A stretch of 64,000 bases of DNA from Leucoraja ocellata (taxonomy: Eukaryota), in the NCBI GenBank assembly GCA_036785375.1, contig JAWMAR010000009.1, positions 9,424,001 through 9,488,000 of the forward strand. The letters run 5' to 3'. Below are positions 28,001-40,900 of this stretch, one piece after another; positions within the stretch are counted from its first letter, which is position 1; each line of letters begins with the position of its first letter. The notes beneath the pieces are model-generated. The model was given only the letters and a program-made list of their open reading frames with translations. It did not search any database and was not told the origin of the DNA. The translations under genes were made by a program, and so were the position numbers.

Positions 28001-28912
28001 CCACCGTACCCCTGTAGAAAGTCCTGAGGATGTTGGTGGGGAGTGAGGCCTGTTTTAGTTTCCTCAGGAAGTGCAGTCACTGATGGGCCCGTTTGACGGT
28101 CCCAGTGGTGTTCCTGGGCCAGGTGAGGCTGTCTGTAATCTACTGCTTTGTTCAATGCACAGTCATTCCCAGCTGAACTTTGTCATCATTCTTAGACTAA
28201 GACTAAATGTGACCCTCACACTGTAGCATTACATGTGGGCCAGAATATCCAGCAGCTATAATGGGCAAACTGGGAAAGTTTGTTTACTGAAAGACACTGT
28301 ACTAAGATGCACAGGGTTATTGTGCACTGATGGGCAGAGGCCTTAGGTTTGGCAATTGCACCCCTGCTGGTCATAAACGGTAATGAAAGACGACAGGTGA
28401 GCCACGCCCTTCTCTCCCACTAGTTAATGACAAACATCCCACAGGATCCCAGTAATGAGCTTATAGAAGTGACCCACTAAATTCTTGCCCAAATTTTCAA
28501 CTATGACCCATCAGTTGCTGTAACAAGTTGGTAGAGAACAGGTGACAGCCCCCAACACGTTGTGATCTTCAGACTCTCCCCGACTAACTCACCGGAAAGC
28601 CCATAGAGTCACAACATAGAGATATACAGTGTGGAAGCAAGCCCTTCTGCCCACCATCCTTACCACGTATCAACCAACCATCCAAACAAACCCCGCATTC
28701 AACACACATTGTCATCTTACCATTATTCTCAATGTGCTTTGTCTTTTTTGTGGCGTTATCGTCAGGAACTCCATGGATTTCTACACGCACCAGAGGATCC
28801 ACTATGGAGTTCTTTTTGTCCTTATTCACTTTGGGCAACTGCTGTGCTGTAATAACCTGAATACGAGAGAGTTGTCAGTTTGAATACTTGGGGGTCTGTG
28901 ATGTGGGGGAGG

Positions 28913-28989
<77 letters not shown>

Positions 28990-31900
28990 TAAGAAAGAAA
29001 AACAAGTAAAGAAAAACGATGTTTACTGTACTTTCCCTTTGGATGAGTGGTCCCACGTGTTGTAGTGGAGTGAAGACACTGATTGCAGTGAAAGACCCTG
29101 TTGCTTGTTCTAGAGTTCTGGGGCAATAGACATTTGCCGCTGTGTTATGCCCCTGTCCCACTTAGGAAACCTGAACGGAAACCTCTGGAGACTTTGCGCC
29201 CCACCCAAGGTTTCCATGCGGTTCCCGGAGGTTGCAGGTGGTTGCCGGTAGTGGAAGCAGGTAGGGAGACTGACAAAAACCTCCGGGAACCGCACGGAAA
29301 CCTTGGGTGGGGCACAAAGTCTCCAGAGGTTTCCGTTCAGGTTTCCTAAGTGGGACACAGGGGGCATTAGAGTCTCTAGTACAGAGAGTTGCGCTCTCTC
29401 AAACAGCAGAATATCTAATACTGTGCCGCAGGACAGAACCCACTGCAGCCAACTACAGTAGAAACCACAAACTGTTCTCACTGGGTACCCTCCTGGCTAC
29501 CCACCTTGTCACCCTTCTGTCAAGGTACCCATTAAATTCTCTCCCAGAGATGGACACACAATGCTGGAGTAACTCAGCCGGTCGGGCAGCATCTCTGGAG
29601 AAAATGGATAGGTGACATTTTGGGTCAGGACCCTTCTTCTATTACAAATACTCTCTCAGCCCCGTAATCACGGATCACCAAAATGTCCCGTTTAATTCAC
29701 TCACTGGGTATGACCGTTGCTGGGGATACCCGTACTGATTGCTCTGTAATTGAGTCAGTCTCGATGTTGCAGCCTGGATCACAAGATTACTAGTGCTATC
29801 AGGACGGTTTGAGCCATTGACAATGAAAAAAAAAATCTGAAATATGCTTGAAATGTGAGCCCGGTGTCTGACCTTGGGACAGAAATCGGCACAAATCAAT
29901 GATCGACCTTCTCGGGTTAACTGTGCAAAGACTATCCTTTCATGACTTAAAGTTTGAATCTGAACTGGTCCATGTGGTTTTTATCTGGGATTATAAATCC
30001 TACAGAATGTTCACAACTTTGGTACAAGGAGACCAAGTGAACTAAGCTTACATCGATGAACAGCTGCTTCCTGTCGAGGCCTGAACCTTCGATGGGCCGC
30101 ACGGGATCAAACAGAACGCTCCGGTCCCTCATGAAGCTGGGCTTCAGGATGTAACCGGATCGACCATTCTGGCGAAACTTCCCTTTGTTCAAATCCATCT
30201 CCATTCCAGGCTTCTGGAAGTTCAGGGCCACTGCAGAGTAGAAACGCGTTGTCATTAGGTACGTTCAAAATATATATTTTTGAAAATCCGGTAGAAAACA
30301 TAACATCAAATTGCATCTCTCTAGCCATTCACCTAATTTCCCCCATGGACATAATTATTTCCCTAACATTATTTGCTGTAACACAAGGTTTCTTAGGAAT
30401 GCAACAGTTACGTCATAGCAGTACCTGTCCTCAGCCTCACAAATATCAATTTGGCTCAGATGGTCCTATTCTTTGGAGGAGGTACATGTGAACCTCTATC
30501 CATCACTGAATGCAGTAGATGAGGTTAGAGGAGGTGCATGTTAACCATCTCCTCGAACCTGTATTCAGCCCCATTTACAGTGGCAAAACCAAGCGTAGAC
30601 TGTGCAAGCGTTTTGCCGAACAATCGCACTCGGTGGGCCAAGGTCTGCTGGATCTCCTAGTTGCTAACTATTTTAACTCTCCTTCCCATTCCCAAACTGA
30701 CCCTTCCGTCTTAGACCATCTCCAGAGTGGGACCACGTGCAACCTTGGAAGAAATGCAATTCTCTAATTATTTTTCCCCATTCCAGAAATCACAGGAGGG
30801 ATCTGACTACTGCCTTATTTTGGAAAATGATACTTTATAGGAAGGCGGACAGATTTATATTAAAGTTCTGGTGACTTAATTGGAACAGGGTTGCATGGGA
30901 AGTGATGGAAACACCGAGAGATGATATATTTTGGAGTAGTCAGTCAGAATGCTTCACACTGGTTTAGAATTTGCGGAACGAGTGTTTCCTCGTGCAGCAC
31001 TGATCATCTTGAGACATCAAGTCTTTTGTTTTGAGTGAAAGACCACCAGCAATGACCAGTGGCTCTCAGGAATAAGATGTGCAGGTGCAAGAGAGACTGA
31101 CCCAGTTGACAGCCGCCGTTCCACATCTCCTGAGGGTTGAAGTTGGAAGAACTGACTCGGCAACCCAGCGGGTAGACCTTGGAGAGCTGCAAGGTGTTGT
31201 GAACGACAAAATTGAACCCTAGAAAAAAGAAGAAAACAGTCTTTAGAGGAGTGCGGGAATGATGTAGGTAATATCATTAGACACCGCTGAGACTTGGCGT
31301 GACTTCATCAGATGTCAATGTCTGAGCCCTGTGGCCAAGCCACTCTGCATGGTTACATTTACAAGATGGAATTGTCTGCACAATACCAGCATGTACAAGG
31401 TCTCACCCTTGGACTTGGACGCAATGGTTAACACATCCCACTCATACCTTACACAAACTTCTACCCATTAATTCCTTCAACAGCACATCCCTCAGAAATA
31501 TTAAGTGCATTTCAAATATGATAAACACTTGTTCCATTGAGCAACAAATCATGGGTTCAGGGCAGATATGGACTTGGATGTCCTGGCTGTGGTCGCAGTT
31601 AGACTCCAGACCAACAACAATACAACTAACGTCTCTGAGAGGAATGAGCAGCAGAGTGGAAGGTAATTCAGTACCCTCGTTCTAAGAGAACTAGGGAGTG
31701 GGGGGGTCAATAAATGCTGACAGTTATGCCTGGGAGAGAATAAGGAGCAAGGCTTACCATTTTCAGCAATCAGCCTCTTGGCCTTGGTTTCAGAGAAGGA
31801 GGATGTCTCGTGGGAAACTTGTCTTATCCAGGTCTGGTCAAAGCTCTGGAAATGGGTACTCTGACAGTATATCACCAGGTCCGACAGCTCCCTCGTGAGT

Positions 31901-34900
31901 TTCTGTAACAGTAACAACGTTTCATTTGATCCCAGCCAGGAGCCCACAAAACAAAAAGGAGAATCATCTGTAAAACGGTGCCTCACCAATCCAATAAAGA
32001 ATTTAGGAGAAACACAGAGTGGCGCGATGGTGGAATGCATTGGCAAGCAATAGTCATAACGTTACACAGCATGAAAACAGGCCCTTCAGCCCAACTTGCT
32101 CGTGCTGACCAAGTTACCTAACTGATCTCGTCCCACTTATCTGCACTTGTTCATATCCCTGCAAACATTTCCTATCCTTGTACCTGTCCAAGTGTACTTT
32201 TAATGTCACAATTGTACTTGCCCTCATACTTCCTCTGGCAGCTCACAGAGACTCACACAGAAACAGGCCCTTTCGCCCACCATGTCCATGTGGACCACCA
32301 AGTTCCTATCCGCTCTAATCTCATTTACCAGCACTTGATCCGTAGCCTTTGCAATGGGGATTCTGAAAAGCAGGCCAATGCAATGCCTCCACATTCTCCC
32401 CAACTTCTTCCCCAAAGTATTTCACTTTACCTTCTTGTTTTTCTTTTCATTTTTCGCATTCTCTTCTTCACAGTCGTCTGTTGCTTCCTCCTGCTGCACT
32501 GCCGTGGACCCAGAGCACTTCAGCTTCTTCCCCTTTATTAGAATCTTCCGCTTGAGTTCCTTGCAAACAATCAACATCAAATCATCTTAGTTCTCAAGAT
32601 GACCATTGCTATGGGATTGAGAGGGCTAAAATTACAGGGAGTGGCATTGATACATATGGTTCAGCCCCAACAACAGGCCACTCAGCCCCTCCAACCTGCT
32701 CACCCATTCAATAAGATTAGGGTTGGTCTGGGTTGGAACCTCAAGTCCACTACCTGTCTATCCCCAGTTACCTTTTTGCTCCCCCGTTACCTATCTACCT
32801 CTGCTTTAAAAATGTTTTAATACTTTTTATCGCACTGTCTTTCGAGAAGAGCGTTGCAAAGACGTAACCTGAGGAGAAAAAAATATCATCTCATCTCACT
32901 CCAGAGATGCAGGTGCATGATCTGGACAGAATCTCGGGGCATGATTGAGGTAGCCATGTCTTGGTGAAAATGCTGCCTTTCAGGTGAAACATTAAACGGA
33001 GGCAACGACAGCTTCCGAGTAAAAGTGAAAAAAATCCTTGACAATGGAAAACAGGAGAGTCATCCCTAGAAACCAGGCCAGAGCTCATGTTCACAAGTGA
33101 TAGGAGTAGAATTAGGCCATTCGGCCCATCAAGTCTACTCTGCCATTCTATCATGGCTGATCACTCTTTCTCTCTTAACACCATTCTCCTGCGTTCTCCC
33201 CATAATCACTGACACAATCCCATTTTAATCAGGACACTAACCAGTACATGCTCTTCTCTTACCATAGAAACATAGAAAATAGGTGCCAGAGTAGGCCATT
33301 CGGCTCTTTGAGCCAGCACCGCCATTCAATATGATCATGGCTGATCATCCAAAATCAGTGCCCCGTTCCTGCTTTCTCATCATATCCCTTAATAAATACA
33401 AATACATATAACAAACACTCTGGATTTCTTTGAAAATTGCCTTGAAATCATTAATGCTCATTCCTATTTTACAACAGGAACTTCATTTTAAAATGTCTCA
33501 TCAGTTTTAAAGCACATTAGACCATGTTGCGATCACAAGAGATGTAAGAAAGATACAAAACTCTAGTTGTGTCTGCTTGTTTCTGTGTTGCTGCTCACAG
33601 AAGCAGTTATCAGTGGAACCATTCTCTCCAGAGCAACGCTGATAGCAGTCAATTACTCTCAGCTAACAGCAGTGTCTGGTACAACAATATTGCAACAGTC
33701 ACACTCACTTCCTGGAGCTAAATGAACATTTAAATATAATAAATAATTATTAGTAGAACCCTTGACCTTACTGTGGGTGCCTGTGCCCATACCGTGGTCC
33801 TTCAATACAGCAATAGGAAGTGTAGTGGGAATATATTGCAGTAATATCAGAAGTAGAATCATGGAGTGTTTAACGATGCTGTGGGTTCAATAAAAAGCCA
33901 AAATATTTAAAATGTTCCTTCAGGATAGTAAAACACTGCATAACCGGCCCGGTAGATTTGCTGCCTTACAGCGCCAGAGACCCGGGTTTGATCCTGACTT
34001 TTGGTGCTGGTCAGTACGGAGTTTGTACGTTCTCCCTGTGACCTGCGTGGGTTTTCTCCGGGTGCTCCGGTTTCCTCCCACGCTCTAAAAACGTACAGGT
34101 TTGTAGGTTAATTGGCTTGGTATAATTGTAAATAGTCCCTAGTGCGTGTGTAGGATGGTGTTAATCTGCGGAGATCGCTGGTTGGTGTGGACTTGATGGG
34201 CCGAAGGGCCTGTTTCCGCGCTATATCTCTAAACTAAACTGAAAGGTAAGAGTGTTTTGAAAATATTCTTTCTGTTAATTAATTTACGCCAACATTTACA
34301 GTGCATCATATAACCATATAACAATTACAGCACGGAAAACAGGCCATCTCGGCCCTTCAAGTCCATGCCGAACACTTATTTTCCCCTAGTCCCATCAGAC
34401 CATAACCCTCCATTCCTTTCCCGTCCATATACCTATCCAATTTATTTTTAAATGATAAAATCGAACCTGCCTCCACCACTTCCACTGGAAGCTCATTCCA
34501 AACAGCTACCACTCTCTGAGTAAAGGATGTTCAGAGAGACCACCAGGATCGCACCTGAGTCCTGCACGGCCACAACTGCAGGGAGTGCCCTCGGCTGGGG
34601 AAACTAGAGCAACAGTTGACGTCAGTGTAGTTTATTGGTGAGGTGACAACCTTTCAGGAGGTGAGATTACCCTCCAGTCTGTGGTCTCCAGTCTCCAGTC
34701 TGTGGTCTCCAGTCTCCAGTCTGTGGGGAGTCTGGAGGGTGATCACCTCCTGAAATGTCCAATCCAAACACTCAGCCTCCCCGACAAACTACACTCTTGT
34801 CAACTACCAATGAGCAGCCCTGAGCTACTATCTACCTCATTGGAGACCTTGGGACTATCTTTGATCGGACTTTACTGGACTAAACGTTATTCATGTTATT

Positions 34901-37900
34901 TTCTTTATCGTGGATCTGTACATAAGTTCATAAGTGACAATAGACAATAGACAATAGGTGCAGGAGTAGGCCATTTGGCCCTTCGAGCCAGCACCGCCAT
35001 TCAATGTGATCATGGCTGATCATCCCCAATCAGTACCCCGTTCCTGCCTTCTCCCCATATCCCTTGACTCTGCTATATTTAAGAGCCCTATCTAGCTCTC
35101 TCTTGAAAGCATCCAGAGAACCTGCCTCCACCGCCCTCTGAGGCAGAGAATTCCACAGTGATTGGAGCAGATAGGCCATTCATCCCATCAAGACTACTCC
35201 GCCATTCAATCATGGCTGATCTATCTCTCCCTCCTAATCCCATTCTCCTGCCTTCTCCCCATAACCTCTGACAACCGTACAAATCAAAAATCTATCTATC
35301 TCTGCCTTAAATATATCCACTGATGGCCTCAACAGCCTTCTGTGGCAAAGAATTCCACAGCTGTACACTGGGGATGGCTCCATTGTAATCAAGTATTGTC
35401 TTTCTGCTATGGATAGCACACAACAAAAGCTTTTCCCTGTACCTCGGTACACTTGGCAATAAACTGAACTCAAACACTGCCAGTCAGGAGAGTGCAGGCA
35501 CAGTGGGGCTGGTTGTCTGCTCAAGATGTTTAGGAGATCCCCATGGGTTGTCTGACCAGTTCTGTTCCAAATCCTGCCAGGACTCGGCCAGAACCATGAC
35601 CCAAACCCCAGCACCAGGAGTGGATCAGCTTTACAGGGAGGAAGAAGGTCCAGAGGCAATTCTGGACATGGGGGCAGACTGCGGTTTCTGTGATCGCAGA
35701 CCAATGATCTCATGGGAAGGTCCATTCGTGCTGCACTGTTTGGGCATTCAAATGTAGCTTTGAAGAGTTGAAGAAAGGTACAGAAAGGATTGAAAGAGAT
35801 AAACAGCAACTAAATAATAATAGGAAGTAAATAACACACATAGTAGGAAGGAATTGCAGATGCTGGTTTATATCTAAGATAGGCACAAAATGCTGGAGTA
35901 ACTCAGCAGGTCAGATAGCATCTCTGGAGAAAAGGAAAAAGTGACATTTCAGGTCAAGGCCCTTCAGAATGAGTGCCTTCTACAACATAATCAGACTGAG
36001 AGAATACAAGAAGGTCTAAGGCAGGATTACAATGCATGTAGGTGAAGCTAAGACGTTATTTCAGCAAGGTTGTGTAGCTGTGGATAAAATCAAAGGAGAT
36101 AGCCATGTTATGGCAATTAAGAGCTGCTAAATGGCAAGAATGCGTTCTGACTATACCTGAACACAAAGTGCTTGTAAAAGAGAGGGGCGGGGAAAATGGA
36201 GGAGGGAGGATGCACTCAGTTAAGCTTGGACAGAATCTTTCTGCAATTAAGAAATAATAGATCTAAAAATACAATAAGAGAGACTATTCTAGTGGGAAAT
36301 ATATCATTGGATAAATATGCAGGGAAATTGCAGAGATGTACAAAAACAATAGACAATAGACAATAGGTGCTGGAGTAGGCCATTTGGCCCTTCGAGCCAG
36401 CACCACCATTCAATTTGATCATGGCTGATCATCCCCAATCAGTACCCCGTTCCTGCCTTCTCCCCATATCCCCTGACTCCGCTATTTTTAAGAGTCCTAT
36501 CTAGCTCTCTCTTGAAAGCATCCAGAGAACCTGCGTCCACCACCCTCTGAGGCAGAGAATTCCACAGACTCACCACTCTCTGTGAGAAAAAGTGTTTTCT
36601 CGTCTCCGTTCTAAATGGCTTACTCCTTATTCTTAAACTGTGGCCCCTGGTTCTGGACTTCCCCCCAACATCGGGAACATGTTTCCTGCCTCTAGCGTGT
36701 CCAAGCCCTTAACAATCTTATATGTTTCAATGAGATTCCCTCTCATCCTTCTAAACTCCAGGAGTTGTGATAGTGGAGACTGTGGAGATAGCCTGAGGAC
36801 CTTCTGAGCAAATGCATGCAGGATATGCAGGAAATGGTTGTGAGGGCTCCATCAACCGCACCAGAGGGGGAACCACAGTCCCTAAAGAAGGAGAACATTG
36901 CAGAGGTCCTAGAATGGAAAGCTTCATTGTGAGAACAGAGGTAAGGCGATGGAGAAACTGAAAGGCAGAGATGGCGTCCTTACAGGAGACTGGGTTGGTA
37001 CTGGAATCACTGCACTTTTTAATTACATGTTAATGATTAGGACTGCACATAATTTCTGAAATTGCAGATGGCAAAATCCTGGAGGCGTAGTAAACTGTGA
37101 AGATAGAAATAGACTTCAAGGAGATTTGGATATACTGGTGGAATGGGCGGATGGGTGCCAGATGACATTTAATGCTGACAAACATAAAGGCTAGGGTGAC
37201 AGAGATTAGGCAATGTAAATTGGAGGGCACAGTTGTACAAGGTGTATACGATCAGAGATCTGGGGGTGTGTAGAGTATACAGTATAGTCGGAGCAAGGCA
37301 GATAGATGTGCGAGGATTGGGGAAACTGGAGAAAGTGGTTAAAAAGCAAAAGGGATTCTAGGCAAAGATGTCATGATGAATCTTTATAAAATTCTAGGCA
37401 CGGTACATTAGGGAGGATATTAAGGCTTTGGAGGGGGTGCAGAAGGGATTTACGGAAACTATTGCGGGATTGAGGGATTCGGATTCTGTTGACAGACTGG
37501 AGCTGGGGTTAGAAACATAGAAACATAGAAATTAGGTGCAGGAGTAGGCCATTTGGCCCTTCGAGCCTGCACCGCCATTCAATATGATCATGGCTGATCA
37601 TCCAACTCAGTATCCCGTACCTGCCTTCTCTCCATACCCCCTGATCCCCTTAGCCACAAGGGCCACATCTAACTCCCTCTTAAATATAGCCAATGAACTG
37701 GCCTCAACTACCCTCTGTGGCAGAGAGTTCCAGAGATTCATCACTCCCTGTGTGAAAAAAGTTCTTCTCATCTCGGTTTTAAAGGATTTCCCCCTTATCC
37801 TTAAGCTGTGACCCCTTGTCCTGGACTTCCCTAACATCGGGAACAATCTTCCTGCATCTAGCCTGTCCAACCCCTTAAGAATTTTGTAAGTTTCTATAAG

Positions 37901-40900
37901 ATAAACCAAGTCTATCCAGTCTTTCTTCATAAGACAGTCCTGACATCCCAGGAATCAGTCTGGTGAACCGTCTCTGCACTCCCTCTATGGCAATAATGTC
38001 CTTCCTCAGATTTGGAGACCAAAACTTACGCAATACTCCAGGTGTGGTCTCACCAAGACCCTGTACAACTGCAGTAGAACTTCCCTGCTCCTATACTCAA
38101 ATCCTTTTGCAATGAAAGCTAACATACCATTCGCTTTCTTTACTGCCTGCTGCACCAGTTCTCCTTGGAACCGAAGAGACTGAGAGGAGGGAGGAGATCT
38201 GATAGTAGTTTTGGAAATCATGAGGAATGTAGTAGTCAGAGCAGATAGAGATAAACTGTGCTTACTGGCAAACGAGCAATGGACTGTGAGACACAGACAA
38301 TAGATGAGTGACAAAGGAACCGGAAGTGACACGGTGAGGTTAGAGCCTGCAGTCCACCTCCAGAGGGAGGAGTTGAGGTAGAGGGATGGCACAGTGGCGC
38401 AGCAGTAGAGTTGCTGCCTTACAGCGCCAGAGACCCCGGTTCGATCCTGACTGCGGGTGCTGTCCGCACTCGTGGGTTTTCCCCGGATGCTCGGTAGGGA
38501 TTTAGTGGTCAGTAGGGATTTGGTGGGCCAAAGGGCCTGTGTCCGTGCTGTATCTCTAAACTAAACTAAAGATTCCATGGCAGAATTTAAGAGGGAGCAG
38601 GATAAGGGCAGGAAGTGGCAGAGCTGGATATTTACACATACTCTGTGGGCTGAGTAGCGTGCTTTGGTGATCTTTCTGGCAGTCTGCATTCACTGTGTAT
38701 CTCCCACCACTGATGAGCTCCTGCTTTGGTTGCGAGTTTCTGGATGGAGGTGGTTGGGTCGGGGAGAGGTTGCTTTACCAAGAACAGCCAATCTTTCTGC
38801 AATACCCGCCCGCTGTCTGACGCAAACCACACAGGGGAGATACAACAATTCCGGGCCATGTGCTTACCTCGGGTGAGGGAAGCTCCCCCAGGACTTTATC
38901 ATCGACCGGAGTGGTGACCAACATGTTGCCGAGGATTCCCTTCAAATGCCGGGCCATGACCGCCTGCTGCTCCTTGCCACAGTGATTCTCCAGGGACAGG
39001 ATGACGGGATACGGAGAGACCTGCAGAGAGGTTAAGGGGATAGGCTTCACTCAGCTGCAGCAGCGTCCTGGTAAACAGACTACCGTTTGGCTAAAGCAGG
39101 TAACGGGAGTCACGGTGGCGCAGCGGTAGAGTTGTTACCGGGGGGGTTAAGAGCCAGAAACCCGGGTTCGATTCTGACTATGGGTGCTGTCTTTATGGTG
39201 TTTGCACAGTCTCCCTGTGACAGCGTCGGTTTTCTCCAGATGCTCCGGTTTCCTCCCACATCCCAAAGACGTGCAGGTTTGCAGGTTAATTGGCTTCTGT
39301 AAATTGTCCCTAATGCATAGTCTAGAACTAGAGTCAGTGCGGACTCAATTGGCCCTAGGGCCTATTTCCACACTGTGTTTCTAAACTAATCTAAATGTAC
39401 AATAACTGTGTTAACCATCAGCAGGTAATCATACACAGCAAGTTAACATGTTGCAGTGACCTTCAGTTCCTTCAGGAAGGGATTGCTCCCCAAATCAGCT
39501 CCTCCAGTAGGCCCGGCCTTGCACTGCAACCTAAAGTGGCAATATTTTGATACCTCCACTAGACTGGATTTATTATACTAGATCCATGCCTGATACACAG
39601 CAACAGCATGGAATGTGTCTGTACATCCAGGCAGTTCTGCTATTACTCGATAGTTGCATTTATAAGAAACTTTGAGTTATAGAAGATTGCTTTCTTAAAA
39701 CAACTGTGTCAATGGTGGATTGGGGTTTCAGGACTAGAGAGATTCAGGCTCGCAATAACAACGTTATTTTTCCTGAAGGATTTTCAAAAATGAAGGTCTT
39801 TTTAATAGGTTGCAGGCTAAAATACCAAAGGCTGTATGTCACATTGTTTAATAGAGTATCCTTGCTCAAGTGTCAATAGAAATGAAGACTTGTCAATTTT
39901 ATTGACGATAATGAGGCTAAAGTAGCAGCTGTGTTCTTTAGAGACAATGATGCCTTTGATTACCGTGGGGAGAACATTGAAACACTATTTTTTCGCTGGA
40001 CTTTTTGTTTTTAAAAAAAAACAGCATTTTTTCCATATCAATTTCCAAAGTATCTTTTTCAGTGGTTCTCTGGTTCCCGATCAAAATCATGTTGTAACCG
40101 ATTAGGCCCACATAATACAAATAGTGTTCCTAATCAATTCATCCCAGTATATCCAGTTTATATTATCGAAACACAATGAACTGCAGATGCTGGAATGTTT
40201 GAGCGAAATACAAAGTGCTGGTGTAATTCAGTGGGCCAGGGAGCATCAGTGGAGGGAATGAACAGATGACATTTTGGGCTGCGACCCTTCTTCAGAGTTA
40301 TGAGGACAGACATTGTAGCGGAACAACAGACAGGATTAGAAGCGGGGTCGAGTGTGCCAGGGATTCATTTGCTCTAGGGAAAGTGCACGCTGCTCTAAGA
40401 CATGGTCTCCATTGATTGACCTCAGCTACAGGGATGACCAAGGATGGCCCCATGTCAGAACAGTTGGACCCTCGGACTGCTATCTGGTCTCTGACAGTCA
40501 GTTACTGGGGACATTCAGTGTGGTCTTACCGTGAAGGCGTAATCCCTGATGGTTGTAATGACGTCCTTGAAGAGGATTTTGGAGGTGAGGGTGTATCCAT
40601 GGTAGATGATAGGCTCTCCATTCGGCCCCTCCCAGCAGTCCAACTCCACACAACGACAGCCCCTCAGAAGAGCTCTGGAAAACATTGGATGCCTGTCCGT
40701 TACATGCACTGAATTCACAGAACCACCTTTTGCTGCAATGTAGGTTTTCCGCATGATTGATTGGATGGCATTTCTGGCCTGTTCGAATACCCTGCGAAAC
40801 AAAGCTTTTCACCGTACCTTAGTACACGTGACAATGAACACTGGCATGGGCCAGTTGTGACAAATGGTCTGTTTCACTTGTACACTGTGGTTACCTGATG

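Noticed and set aside
39107-39180. tRNA genes at A/B-box sequences (also 33950, 38387, 53322)
   Set aside because: These are SINE heads continuous with V-domain and tail sequence; no complete cloverleaf.
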